In this document: positions 13,150-26,637 of the stretch, piece by piece
Numbering within the stretch: the first letter of the stretch is position 1
Layout of the letters: each line of letters begins with the position of its first letter
Assembly (NCBI RefSeq): GCF_006345805.1
Contig: NC_043026.1
Location: forward strand, 1-64,000
Length of the DNA: 64,000 bases
Direction: 5' to 3'
Source: Octopus sinensis
Lineage: Eukaryota
Notes under the pieces: generated by a model
The model's database searches: none
The model's input: only the letters and a program-made list of their open reading frames with translations
What the model was told of the DNA's origin: nothing
Translations under genes and position numbers: made by a program

Positions 13150-13960
13150 AAAGAGAACCATCATCTATAGAACGCTAAACATGGCGTTGAAGAAAGTAGA
13201 GATAGCAGCCGTAGAAGCGGTAGAGGAATGTTTGAAAGAGGTGAAAGAATTGACTACATTCTACACCAGAGGACGGGAGTTTGGCACGGTGGAGGTGCGC
13301 TTCATAAACGAAAATGCAGCAAAGAAGAACTCTACTGCTCTACTGTAGCAGTGGATACAACTACCTACTTACTGTGGTAAACGTGCGGCCAGAGTAAGAA
13401 CAAGTAGAGTGACCCCTGAAACTGACGAGGCATGGCTGGTGGCAGCCATCTTCTATCATACAGAGGATGAAAAAGAAGTTTTTAAAATGTCAAAGACTAC
13501 GGAAGTGAACTAATGGGAATATGGGCTAGAAGTAATAATCTATATAAGACTGCCAGACCTTAGATTATGGAAGAGCTGATGTTGCCAGATGAGACCAGAT
13601 TAAAGATTGTTGTGGAACGTAGACCTCCAATATGTTTTGTGTGTGGAGTACGGGGTCACATGAAGGAGAACAAGGACGAACAATTTAGGTGGTGAAAAGG
13701 AAAACGAATTTAGAATCATCACCTAAAAGCCTCAAAGAGAGAAAAAGGAAAACAAACGAGGAAGAGAACAAGAAAGTAAAGAAGAAAAATGGAAACTCAA
13801 GTGAAATGCGAACACAGCAACCGTTGCCTTCAACCAGTAAGGAAGAAGGAGCACGACAGGAGAATGAAAACGAAAGAGACAGCGAATTCGAGACAGAGAA
13901 AATTGTATCAACGAAGAGAGTGGTGGAAGACATCAGAGAAAGATACCTAGAGGGAGAAAG
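13150..13960 (+). mobile_element. Degenerate LINE ORF1/gag-like remnant with a zinc knuckle
   Basis: TRLKIVVERRPPICFVCGVRGHMK at ~13590-13665 (CX2CX4H), then a K/E-rich tail; multiple stops. Confidence 0.55.
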
Positions 13961-14099
13961 TTAGTAAACCTCGTATAATACGAAAAAAATGTTGAAATCG
14001 AAAAGAAGGTAACAAAGATGGAAAATGTTATCAGAGTGAAATTGGCAAACCATGAAGGTAAGACGGGCGTGCTGTTGGGGAGAGAAAGAGGGGAGAGAT

Positions 14100-14333
14100 T
14101 AGCGGCGAGCTGGCAGAAACGTTAGCACGCCGGGGGAAATGCGTAGCCGCATTTCGTCTGCCGTTTCGTTCTGAGTTCAAATTCTGCCGAGGTCGAATTT
14201 GCCTTTCATCCTTTCGGGGTCGATTAAATAAGTACCAGTTATGCACTGGGGTCGATATAATCGACTTAATCCCTTTGTCTGTCCTTGTTTGCCCTCTCTG
14301 TGTTTAGCCCCTCGTGGGTAGTAAAGAAATAGA
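14100..14333 (+). mobile_element. tRNA-derived SINE, family 1
   Basis: A-box-like TGGCAGAAACGTTAG, B-box GAGTTCAAATTC, core gcctttcatcctttcggggtcgat; further copies at ~20170-20315(-), ~27025-27385(-) and ~60833-61195(+). Confidence 0.8.
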
Positions 14334-15777
14334 TTAGTAGAACTGTTTGGAAAAAAGAAAAGAGTTGAAATATCACAACTTTAGTTTAGATACGACGAGT
14401 TGCCGCCTGTGGTAATTTTCGACGATCTTACGCAACGTTTGTTGTAATTGTGTCTTTAAAAAAACATGATACATGACCGTAAAGTGAGCTATAATTTAAA
14501 AGACCAGTAAAATGAAACTGCTTCCTTTGCAGGTGGCGAGTAAGCCATTTCATCCTCATTTCTTATCATAATCATAGTCCATTCGATATGTTTTATATGT
14601 ACCCCATTGTCTTGTTTTCTCTGTCCTTGTGGTGGTGTTCCCTCTTTATAAAGGCCATGCGCCTAAATAAAATAAATCGAGCTGTGTAAAGCGGAGAGTT
14701 GCGTATTGTCGAGTGTAAGTAAAAGTATTGTGTATCTTGAGTAGAATGGTTTGCGAGGACGTTATTTATTATCTCGTTATAGGATCTTTACCTTTTGACC
14801 TACAGATTTAGAAAATAATTTTTTCGTAACTAAACACTTTGAAACTTCAGACACTGGTAGAATGTGTCATATAAAACATATTTTACTCTTAGCATTTTTG
14901 AGAAAAACTTATATTTACGAAGTTATTTCACGTTAAAGTTGGCGTATTTCGGTAATTTCAACCAATCAATAACGTGTATTCAGCTGAATAAAATTACTGT
15001 CGTTGTTCTTGTTTATTTGCCAAATAAACACACGCACCATATCTTCGCTCTTCACTCGTTTACTACTGTTTTTATTCTAACTCATGGCCATTATCCATAA
15101 ATCTTTCGTCATACACGTGTGACATCTACAGGAAACACTTTCCGTCCTCGTGTGTGTTCCTTCTCCACTTAGACTAAGACTGCCATTGTAGAAAGGCATT
15201 CGTCAATATGGATTTTCTCATAGTTCGGCATTCGTACACAATCGATTTAAATCCTTCCTAGTTGCCATCTCAAAAGATACCTCTTCATTTAGCGTCAATT
15301 AATCACGTAAGCACTCTTGCCTCTATCAACATTTCCACGTGACTTGGTTATCGACTTCGAAACATTGTAACAAGAACAGTTTTCGATATGTATTGCAGTT
15401 TTATGTTTATGTATTTAATTAGCGACCTTTCCGACGAGCTATAGAAAGTTAATTAATCAATAAATTATTTCATTAATTGATTTATTTTGTCATTAATACC
15501 GAAACTCTTTAGTATAAGGTTTACTATATTTTTATTCACTCAAATGTGTTGCTTGATTACAAATCAACGTGCTTTAATGTAATAATATTCTTTCGTGGTT
15601 TTAGACTTTGACTGCTATTTTTAGCATGTAAGAAATCCACATAATACTTTTCACTCAGCGTATATTTCATATACTATTATATTTAAAATTATTTATGTCT
15701 TCTGACTGTAAATTCGCATGCTCACAACTACTAAATAATTATTTGATAATTTATACTCATGTAATTATAAAGTTACT

Positions 15778-16220
<443 letters not shown>

Positions 16221-16767
16221 TTTAACAATTAAGGATAACTTCTTAATAAGGAATCTTAACAAGAAATTATCAGGTAGTTAGCGTGAAAAACCTCATAAAA
16301 GAAAAGAATTCAAAAATAATTTTTTTCTTTTGAACAAATTAATTATATCTATATTGTATAGAGGGCATTATTACACATTAATCTTGTTAAGATTCCTTAT
16401 TAAGAAGTTATCCTTAATTGTTAAACTTATTCCGAAATACTTTTCTCATCCGACATGCAGTTCGAAAAAGCCCGCCATTTACCGGATATATGATTTATAA
16501 ACATTCCATGTGCTTGGCCGGAGTGAATAGATGTCTGTTCGTCTTCGCTAGGTAAGGTTGGTGGTTTATTTATGATGTGTTCAGAATCAGTTCTGCTGAT
16601 GATCATAGACGTAAGTTAAATGTGAAATCACGGTGATACAGAACTAAATTCATTTTTTAAATGTCTTGCTTTGAAGAACTGCATTTAGGTATGATTAGTG
16701 TAATTTTGGTAGTAATGACTTTGTCCCTCTTAGTGTGAGGCATTTATGTGTAATAATGCCCTCTATA

Positions 16768-16824
<57 letters not shown>

Positions 16825-16894
16825 CATATTATTGGAGCATTAATGCTACCATTTTATTCATGTTCAGAAAATATTCTTTTATTCTTCTACACTT

Positions 16895-17248
16895 ATGTTT
16901 CAGTCATTTGAATGCGGCCATGCTGTAGCAGCACCTTTAGTCGAGCAAATCTGCCGCAGTACTTATTCTTTGTAAGCCTAGTACTTATTCTATCATTCTC
17001 TTGCGGGGGCGTAAACACACCAGCATCGGTTGTCAAGCGATATTGGGAGGACAAACACAGTCAACAAACACACACTCAATATATATACGACGGGCTTCTT
17101 TCACTTTCCGTCTAGCAAATGCACTTAGAAGGCTTTGGTCGGCCTGATGCTATAAGTAGAATGTACTTGCCGAAGGCGCCATCCAGTGGTATTGAACCCG
17201 GAACCATGTGGCTGGCATGCAAGGTACGTATCACACAGCCACTCCTAT
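16895..17248 (-). mobile_element. tRNA-derived SINE, family 2 (CORE-like domain)
   Basis: Homologous to 23575-23970; minus-strand head ggagtggctgtgtga...ggttccgggttcaatacc. Confidence 0.75.
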
Positions 17249-17424
17249 CTTAACAATTTTTCGAGCCGATCACATGGTTTTTTTCTCCGTTTAGGTTTAT
17301 AACACAAAATGGAGACGAAATCTGTTCCTTCATGTGATGGCCTTGAAAAATTGTTAAGATACAACGATCTGTTCATGACCTGAAACCATTGGTAGCTTTA
17401 ATACAAATAAAGAAGTTCACACAC

Positions 17425-17475
<51 letters not shown>

Positions 17476-17759
17476 TGCATATTTATGGTCAGATGTGACC
17501 TGGAACAATAACAAAAACAGTTCTGTCCCTGGAGAGAGAGAAAGAGAATGACAACTCAAAAGACCGATGTTGGATGGAATAGTTTGGCATAGCTTCGTTT
17601 TGAGTAGACGAATGAAAACAAAATATTCGTTAGTTTCCGTGAGCACGTGTTGTCTTGCCAACTGCGTGTTTTTTCTGATTGACGTGTCGAAGTGGAAGAG
17701 GAAGCTAATGAGTGTATGATTGTGTGAGTTTGTTCTTGTGCGCGCGTGCTTGTTCACGT

Positions 17760-17806
<47 letters not shown>

Positions 17807-18268
17807 ATAACTGAGATGGCTTTTTCGACGTCGATCTCGTTTTCTTATTGGAAATTTGCAGATTTTACTTACACACATGAAGCAGGTGAGAAGAAATACG
17901 CAAGGCTTTTATATCTACATTCCACACCCATAAATACATGAAAACAGAACAAGCACTCACACACACACAAAAAGAAGCACGCACACGCACACACACACAC
18001 ACACAGACGTAGGTCCATTAGCTTCCCCTTCCACTTCGACACGTCAGACAGAAGAAGCACGCAGTTGATAAGAGATCGCGTGTTCACAGAAATTACCGAA
18101 GAAGCCTGCTTATAAATTGTCGACTCAAAACGAAAGATCACCAATATTTTTTATGGATTCTTTATTAACAGGTATTACTTGACCTATGCGGATCATTAGT
18201 GGTGGTCAGCTGGAATGGATGGGCGTTAACAACAACAACGATAGTATCAATGGATATCATGTGCTGGG

Positions 18269-18324
18269 TTAGTTCTGCTGCCTCAGGCGGATGAATATGG
18301 CCATGGAGTCTGCTAATGCATAAC
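18269..18324 (-). CDS. Gene C exon 5
   Basis: ttgcag|GT TAT GCA TTA GCA GAC TCC ATG...CAG AAC TAA = [17 protein letters not shown]. Confidence 0.85.
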
Positions 18325-18762
18325 CTGCAAGTAACAAATAACAACATCAACAACAAAAAGACATTCAAATATATCGTGGGAGGGCTTTATAGGTGGTCAC
18401 TCTAATTACTAGAAATTGCAGCCAAGTCTACACATAGTGTAATGGGAAACATCTAGGTGGGTCATGGTCAGAACACCTTTGATCATAAATCAGATGGATC
18501 AGGCTGATTGGCTGCAATTACTACTCACATTGAGATAGATTTATTTATTGGCCACGCAGGAGCTAGACACAGAAGGGACAAAATACAGAGTAAAGCTTAT
18601 CTTTTGGGGAACAAGATAAGGAGAAAAAAAAAGATAGGGCGAATTCCGATCAAAAGGGATCGTGAAAAAAAAAAAAGAAAATGGGTCGATCAATAGGGAT
18701 CGTGTATAGATAGATAGATAGTCAGGTAGATAGACAGGGATTTTGACAGACATATAGATAGG

Positions 18763-18818
<56 letters not shown>

Positions 18819-20351
18819 AGACAGAGACACACAAAGACATAAAATAGAAGTATCACTTACTGTTGTTCCAGATGGTTTTCGAATTTGCATCAGAATAACG
18901 AATTGCAGGGAAGTGATCCATTTCATCATATGCACAGTAAATATGATCTTGAACTACGGCTAGCCAGCCACTCTCAACTAAACAGCCACCGACGTGGTTC
19001 GTTATATAGAAGCGACGTACATTCCTACAAAGTTGGAGTAGAACTCGTTTGGGTTTCAGAATGAGAAAATATAAACATTTATTAAATATACCATTATGTT
19101 CGATGTACACATTTGAACCAGTATTTTATTAAAATAGCCATTTGTGTATCATATTGAAAGGATATACACACAGTCGATAGGCTAGTTGCTGTAGTATTTT
19201 CCCTGAGTGGACAATGAGAGAAAACAAATGCTATCTCAGGACAAATATTGCAGTAACTGGACTGTCGAGAGTGTATATACACGTCAGGTACGATACAAAG
19301 ACATCTATACCAGTCTGTTAAAAATCTGTAGTGACGGCTCCAACAGCCGTCAATAGATTTCTTTGATTAGGCAGAAAGTAAATTCACAACGGGATCTATC
19401 TTACAACATAGGTGCGTGAACACACGCATACGCACGCACACACACGCACGAACGCATTCACGCAGACACACTCACACAGAAATACACTCGTACAATTACG
19501 CAAAGAAATAATAAATTACACACGAAGTAGACTTCAGTTAAAATTTGTAAGAAAAAGCGCCACAAATATAACAACCATAACATTTTCCCTTGTTAAACAC
19601 ATTAGGAAACTAAGCTTGCAATGGATTCTGGTAATTAAGAGAAATAATATAATGGAATAAAGAATATTTAAAAACGAACACGCGCAAGTAAAACTAGTTA
19701 TCGCATACATTTTAAGGTGAATGTATATTTTCGTGTTTCCCCACTTTAAAACAGGCCACTTAATGTAGATACACTGTTGAAATCGGAAAACTTCGTTATT
19801 CGTATCCAGAAAGCATCTCATATAGGGGTGCAGTGTTAAAAACTACAGAAATGCCCCAGTAATAGACAAATAGCATCTAGCAGCTGCGATGGAATTGCTA
19901 AATATGTATCTCTACTACTTTGAATGTCATCAGCAGTAAGTAACCACCAGCAACCGCATACCAAATCAAATTTAGTCTCTAATGATTCAGGAAAATTATA
20001 ATTAAGAAATCAGAAGGGTTCAGAAATCAGCCGACAGGCTGGATATATTATATTTCATTATTAGTGAGGGAACCATATGTAGTTCAAATTTGTACTCTGT
20101 ATATCATATTCAATGAAGATATTATAGTGAAAGCCTGGAAATGCTTTAGTCGCTTCAAGAAAATATCTATTTCTTTACTACCCACAATGGGGCTAAACAC
20201 AGAGGAGACAAACAAGGACAGACAAATAGATTAAGTCGATTACATCGACCCCAGTGCGTAACTGGTACTTAATTTATCGACCCTGAAAGGATGAAAGGCA
20301 AAGTCGACCTCGGCGCAAGAAAATATCGTGAATAAATATATAGTGTTAAGA

Positions 20352-20417
<66 letters not shown>

Positions 20418-22222
20418 ATGTTACATTACTCGGTAGTCAAGATAAAACTCTGAGTTTCAGAGCTATTAAGAATAAGAAAAAAGCGAGGTTTACACAATTC
20501 GATATTGTTGATTTTTATGCCTCTATCTCTAAAGAACTGCTAGATAAAGCCCTAATCTTCGCTAGTGACTTCATAGAAATTAGTACCAATGATAAGGATA
20601 TAATCTTCCATGCTAGAAAGACATTACTTTTCAGTGAGAATGCAAAGTGGGTAAAAAACACCGACACGGAGGGCGCTTTCGATGTGAGCATGGGTTCATA
20701 TGATGGGGAAGGTATCTGTGATCTAATTGGACTCTTTCTCCTTCGGTAAGACATTCCCTAACGTACATTTCGCCATCTACAAAGATGATGCCCTCGCCTT
20801 AACAGCTAATACAAATGGACCAGCACAAGATCGTTTTAGGAAGGATATTATCCAGTTAATGAAACACTTCGGACTTAGTATAACTATAGACACTAACCTG
20901 ACGGTTGTCAATTTCTTAGACGTTTCCTTAGATCTTAATAATAATATTTATAAGCCTTATAGGAAGCCCAATGATAGACTAAGTTATATTAATGTAGGTT
21001 CATGCCATCCCCCTATAGTATTCAAAAATTTAGTTAAAAATATTAGTAAGAGGATTTCTAGCCTCTCATCTAATGAGGACATCTTCAATAGCGTTGCCCC
21101 AGTTTATAATAAAGCCTTAAAAGATAGTGGTTTTAGCGAAAAAATAAAATATACATCTATCACTAGCCCAGCAGTAAGGAAAAGGAATAATAGAAATAGG
21201 AAGGTCATCTGGTTTACGCCCCCTTACTCACCCGAGGTGGCTTTCAATATAGGTAAATATTTCCTAGCACTGATAGATAGACATTTTCCAGTTAACCATG
21301 CTTATAGGAAACTCTTCAATAGACACAATTTAAAAATTAGTTTTCGTTCAACTACCAATTTTAAAAACATAATCAATCATAACATACAAAAAACACAAGA
21401 AGAAAATAGCTGTTCATGCAGGAATAAAGAATTGTGCCCGCTAAATGGAGCTTGCATGTCCAAGACCATCATATATGAAGCTACCGTAAACTCTATAACC
21501 ACTAAAGACACCGTTTCGACGAAGAAATACGTGGGCCTGACAGAGGGTAATTTCAAGGCCAGGTTCAATAATCACACTTTGAGCTTTAGGCACTGGAACA
21601 AAAGAAAAGCGACACAATTATCCAATCATATTTGGTCTTTAAGAGATAAAGGTGTCGATTATAACATACAATGGAAGATTTTGGCCAGATGTAAGCCCTA
21701 TACTAACGGCAGCGGAAGGTGCGGTTTATGCGACATGGAGAGATGGCTTATCTGGAAAAGCAGCTTAGACCCTACCACATGTCTAAATACAAGGACAGAG
21801 CTTTTCGGATCATGCCCACATGTGACTAAATTTCTGTTACGTTTTTGGTCCCCTAAAGAAAACGGATAGAACATGCTTTCTGTGTTATGTTCCAAGAAGA
21901 ATTTATATATTTTTATATATTTTTATATATTTTTATGTATTTTTATATAATTTTTATGACGAAAAATGCGAGCGATGTATAAGTACGCAGGCAAAGCAGA
22001 GTTATAACAGAGTAATTTCCCTTCATTTTTAACGGTATTTTTTCATAACGTTTCCAAATAGCCAGATAACCGAAGAGATGGTGTTGGGGATTTCCACTTC
22101 GGCATCTGAAACTCAGAGTTTTATCTTGACTACCGTGTAATGTAACATATTGTATAGATAAATTTCCTCTATTTACATAATATTGAGGTCTCTTTCTTTC
22201 TTTTGCTATCTTACCGTTTTAT

Positions 22223-22271
<49 letters not shown>

Positions 22272-22805
22272 TAGCGTGCGTAAAGTGCTTTGGGTATATT
22301 ACGTTTCTACAAAGAGAAAAAGAAAAGTATATTTAGAACTTACTTTACTCCTTCCATCTTGAAATACTCTGGGTTGGCTGAAGATAGGTCATCCCATGGA
22401 GAACTTTTCAAGTTTACATAAGAAAACCAGCTTTTAAGGTTTGAATTTCGTCCATCAAAAATCATAGTCACAACAGGTGTTTGGTTTTTATAAATCACCA
22501 GTTTCACCTGAAAAGTAAGAGTAAATATATAACAGACAAACACGCATAAATGGATCAAGTTAAATTGATCAAGCTAATTTAACGGCTGTTTTATTGGTCA
22601 TTCTTACTCTAATGTCCACTCCACATTTACTCCATCATTTCTTTGCATGTAAGGAAACAATAATAATAATTATGACAAAATCTGTGTGTGTGTGTGTGTG
22701 CGTGTGTGTCTGTGCGTGTGTGTGTGTGTATACACATATTGGATCCAATGTTGAGCAATTAGAATGAGTGATCAACATTACGTGAAAGGTTTAAGTTACA
22801 GTTAA

Positions 22806-22871
<66 letters not shown>

Positions 22872-23073
22872 CGGAGTAAACACTTAAATGTGAAACAAGG
22901 TGGAAAAATGAGTACTCAAATACCAGTGGTAGAGTAATATGCTTTATTTAAAGCAGCAGAAAATTCAACAAAACCTGTTACTCTGAGTTTCCCCGTTGCC
23001 GAACTGTCCGGTGAACGGCAATGGGAAACTCAGAGTAACAGGTTTTGTTGAATTTTCTGCTGCTTTAAATAAA

Positions 23074-23170
<97 letters not shown>

Positions 23171-24191
23171 CGCCACGCTTCTTTCAGTTTCCGTCTACCT
23201 TGCTGGAGGTGTTGCCAAACGACGAGAGATTTGGGGGAAAAACATATGGAAAATATGCGTATGCTTTAGGGCTGATGTTCTTGTAAAAAGGGAATGTTCG
23301 TAGTATTAATATATGTGCAGCCTTTTAGTGTATAGTGTACTCAAAAGTCACATAGGCAACTTAGTTCGTTAGTAAGTTCCTTCTCTTTTACCTTTTATGA
23401 TTTGGTTATAACCTTTGGTAATTCTATTGGGACATTTATGTATGGGCGGCAGAATAAAAAATCTCTTTGCTTCAACATGTACATATGTTTGTATGTGCTT
23501 GTGTGTGTGTGTGTGGTTGTGTATGTGTGTGTGTATGTGTGTGTGCGTGTGTTTGTGTACGTATATGTATATACTCTTTTACTTGTTTCAGTCATTTGAC
23601 TGCGGCCATGCTGGAGCACCGCCTTTAATCGAGCAACTCGACCCCGGGACTTATTCTTTTGTAAGCCCAGTACTTATTCTATCGGTCTCTTTTGCCGAAC
23701 CGCTAAGTAACGGGGACATAAACACACCAGCATCGGTTGTCAAGCAATGCTAGGGGGACAAACACAGACACACAAACACACACACGCATATATATATACA
23801 TATATACGACAGGCTTCTTTCAGTTTCTGTCATCCAAATCCACTCACAAGGCATTGGTCGGCCCGAGGCTACAGTAGAAGACACTTGCCCAAGGTGCCAC
23901 GCAGTGGGACTGAACCCAGAACCATGTGGTTGGTAAACAAGCTACTTACCACACAGCCACTCCTGCGCCTGTATATATATATATGACATCAGAATGGATG
24001 GACTAATATCAGATCCACAAACAGAAGATACCAAAAATACAGAAAACATTGAAAAGAATGGATCTGAATGATATGATATATATATGTAAAAAATGTAATA
24101 TATAAATAAATATCTGTAAATATGAACCATCCGATCTTCTGATTACCTCATTTCTTCTAACATATAATACCTGTACATCATCTCCAAACCT

Positions 24192-24241
<50 letters not shown>

Positions 24242-26564
24242 ATTATTGAGCTAAAACACATAAAAATGTTCCACGAGGCTTCGGCAAGGAGTGGTGATCC
24301 CTGCTGTACTCCTTCTCCCACTCTTCCTTCTGTTAGCCTGCTCGCTTAGCCAGCGGGGTGGCGTCATTCAAAAGCTAAAATAATACGAACGCATTGTGAC
24401 CAGCGATGTGTAACAACATTTCATGGTCTGGTCGGCCACATGATCACGTGATGTATCTATGTATAAACAAAACTATTGAAAAGGTTGCAAGACGCAACGA
24501 AATTTTAGAAAAATAATGAAATATGTTGAAATTTTTCCGGTGTGTGTTAAATTCTAAGGCATCAGAGGAGAATGACTCTCCCCAGACACAACAGTATATA
24601 TAAACACTTTATAAATATAAGAGCAAAAATTAATTACCCTATCCTCGAAAATGTACATGTGGGTATGTGTGCGTATGCATATGTGCATATATACAAAGAT
24701 TAATATATATTGATATATAAATAGCATATATATATATATATATATATACACAGACACACAATTATGGAGGTTTAGTTCACGTGTGAGCTAAACGATTAGG
24801 TACGCTAGATAAGTGCTGTAACGGATTACTAGGGCTCCGAGGTTGTAGCCGAGACGGTAGTTATGGAGCCATTGTAAATTTCCGATATAGAGGATAGTCA
24901 AATGTATATGACTTGAGATGCTTTGACGTTTGTTGTAATCTTTAACAACTATATATATATATATATATATATATAACATATATAAACATACAAAAGAAAT
25001 ATTTCATAACCACTGGGCCATTGTGCTTCCATATATATATATATATATATATATATTTTATATATAGAGGGCATTATTATACATACATGCCACACGCTAA
25101 GAGGGACATTAGTCATTTCTACCAAAAATTTATTAAGAGGTTATCCTTAATTGTTAGATAATTTTATATATATATATATACATATATATTTTTTAATAAT
25201 ATATTAATAATATATTATTTCTCAAGGAGAGAAACAAGGAGAGAGAAAAAAGGAGAGAAAAGGAGAAAATAAAAAGGAGAGAAAAAAATGCGTGTAGGAG
25301 CTAACGATCTTTCAAGGCGTCCAATATATTAATAATATATTATTATTACAAAGAGATAAGAGATAAAATTATATGTACTAGCAATATTTTTATATTAATT
25401 AGTGCTTGATATATCATTGTCTGCTAAATACAGCTTGTTGAATTAATCAACTAAAATTTATTCCCACCCAAAATGTGTAGCCCGGAGAGAACACACTGAA
25501 ACGCTGAATTTAGTAGTTAGACATACAGCGGAAAAAACACCCGACGACATGCCTTCTTAGTTCCATTAGAATTATGTCTCTAAATTTGGCAATAAGTTAT
25601 AGTTTCCCCCAGGTATAACCGCCTGATACTTCTTCAGTTTCTGTAGAAATTTTCCACGTTGATTTTGATCTGTCACGCTTGTCTCCCTTGGGATATTCAT
25701 TGGACGGTTTACCTGGTGTCATCAGAAAGAGGTTTTCACGAGATGTGTTCTAGCTAATCTTATTTACTGCTCTTAATCTGGGTTCTGACAGTTTTCTGGC
25801 TTCGCTCTTCCTTCAAGGTTTGTTTGTAACTCAATCTTGCCATATCACAAAAAGAATGACAAAATAATTCGAGAGCCACCGAGGTCCACATGCTTTACTT
25901 TGTGCCAAGCTGAATAAGACTTTTACCAGTCATGAATCCTAAGGCGATTTCATCGATTTTGTCGTTTATTCACTCGTCATTCCCAATAAGGAAAGTCTTT
26001 TGTCTATGAAAAGGACGGGTAGCATAGCACCGTAGGCTGCAAGCAGCGAGCTTGCTACGCATGCAAGATTCTAGGAGTTCCAGCAAAACCTATTATAAAA
26101 AGAATTAATAACAATGGTTTCAAATCTTTTCCACAAGGGCAACAATTTGGGGGAGGCCATGAATCTCACCGCGGTTTGCCGCGGATAAAATTCTTTACAA
26201 CACTGCTTCGCCTTCCCAATAAATAATTTTTACAGGTCAAATATGTGACACACATAACTGAATTAATCTAAATATTTGTTTATCATTATTACTGTTATTA
26301 TGGAAATAATAATATGCATTTGTGTGCGCGTGTATGTGTATGCATACGTACCTCCTCAATTGGAAGATAGTTCCAGAAATCAAGGATAGGATGCCGGAAG
26401 AAGTTGGGACAAAAGGTACCTCTGCATTCGTACACATTCCAGGTTGAAGGAAGTCCTATATTCAGGAATGAATCATAGACTTTCGAACCAGCTCCCATTG
26501 ATATGGCATATGTTTTAATCCATTGGCTACCTGAAATAATTATAATAATACCAACAACAATATA

Positions 26565-26637
<73 letters not shown>

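Noticed and set aside
20727-21869. 380-aa ORF as a host gene, or as a selenoprotein-type PLE with UGA at Cys positions
   Set aside because: It is the PLE RT/GIY-YIG. All conserved Cys codons I read here and in 1-1050 are TGT/TGC, so no Sec recoding is indicated.
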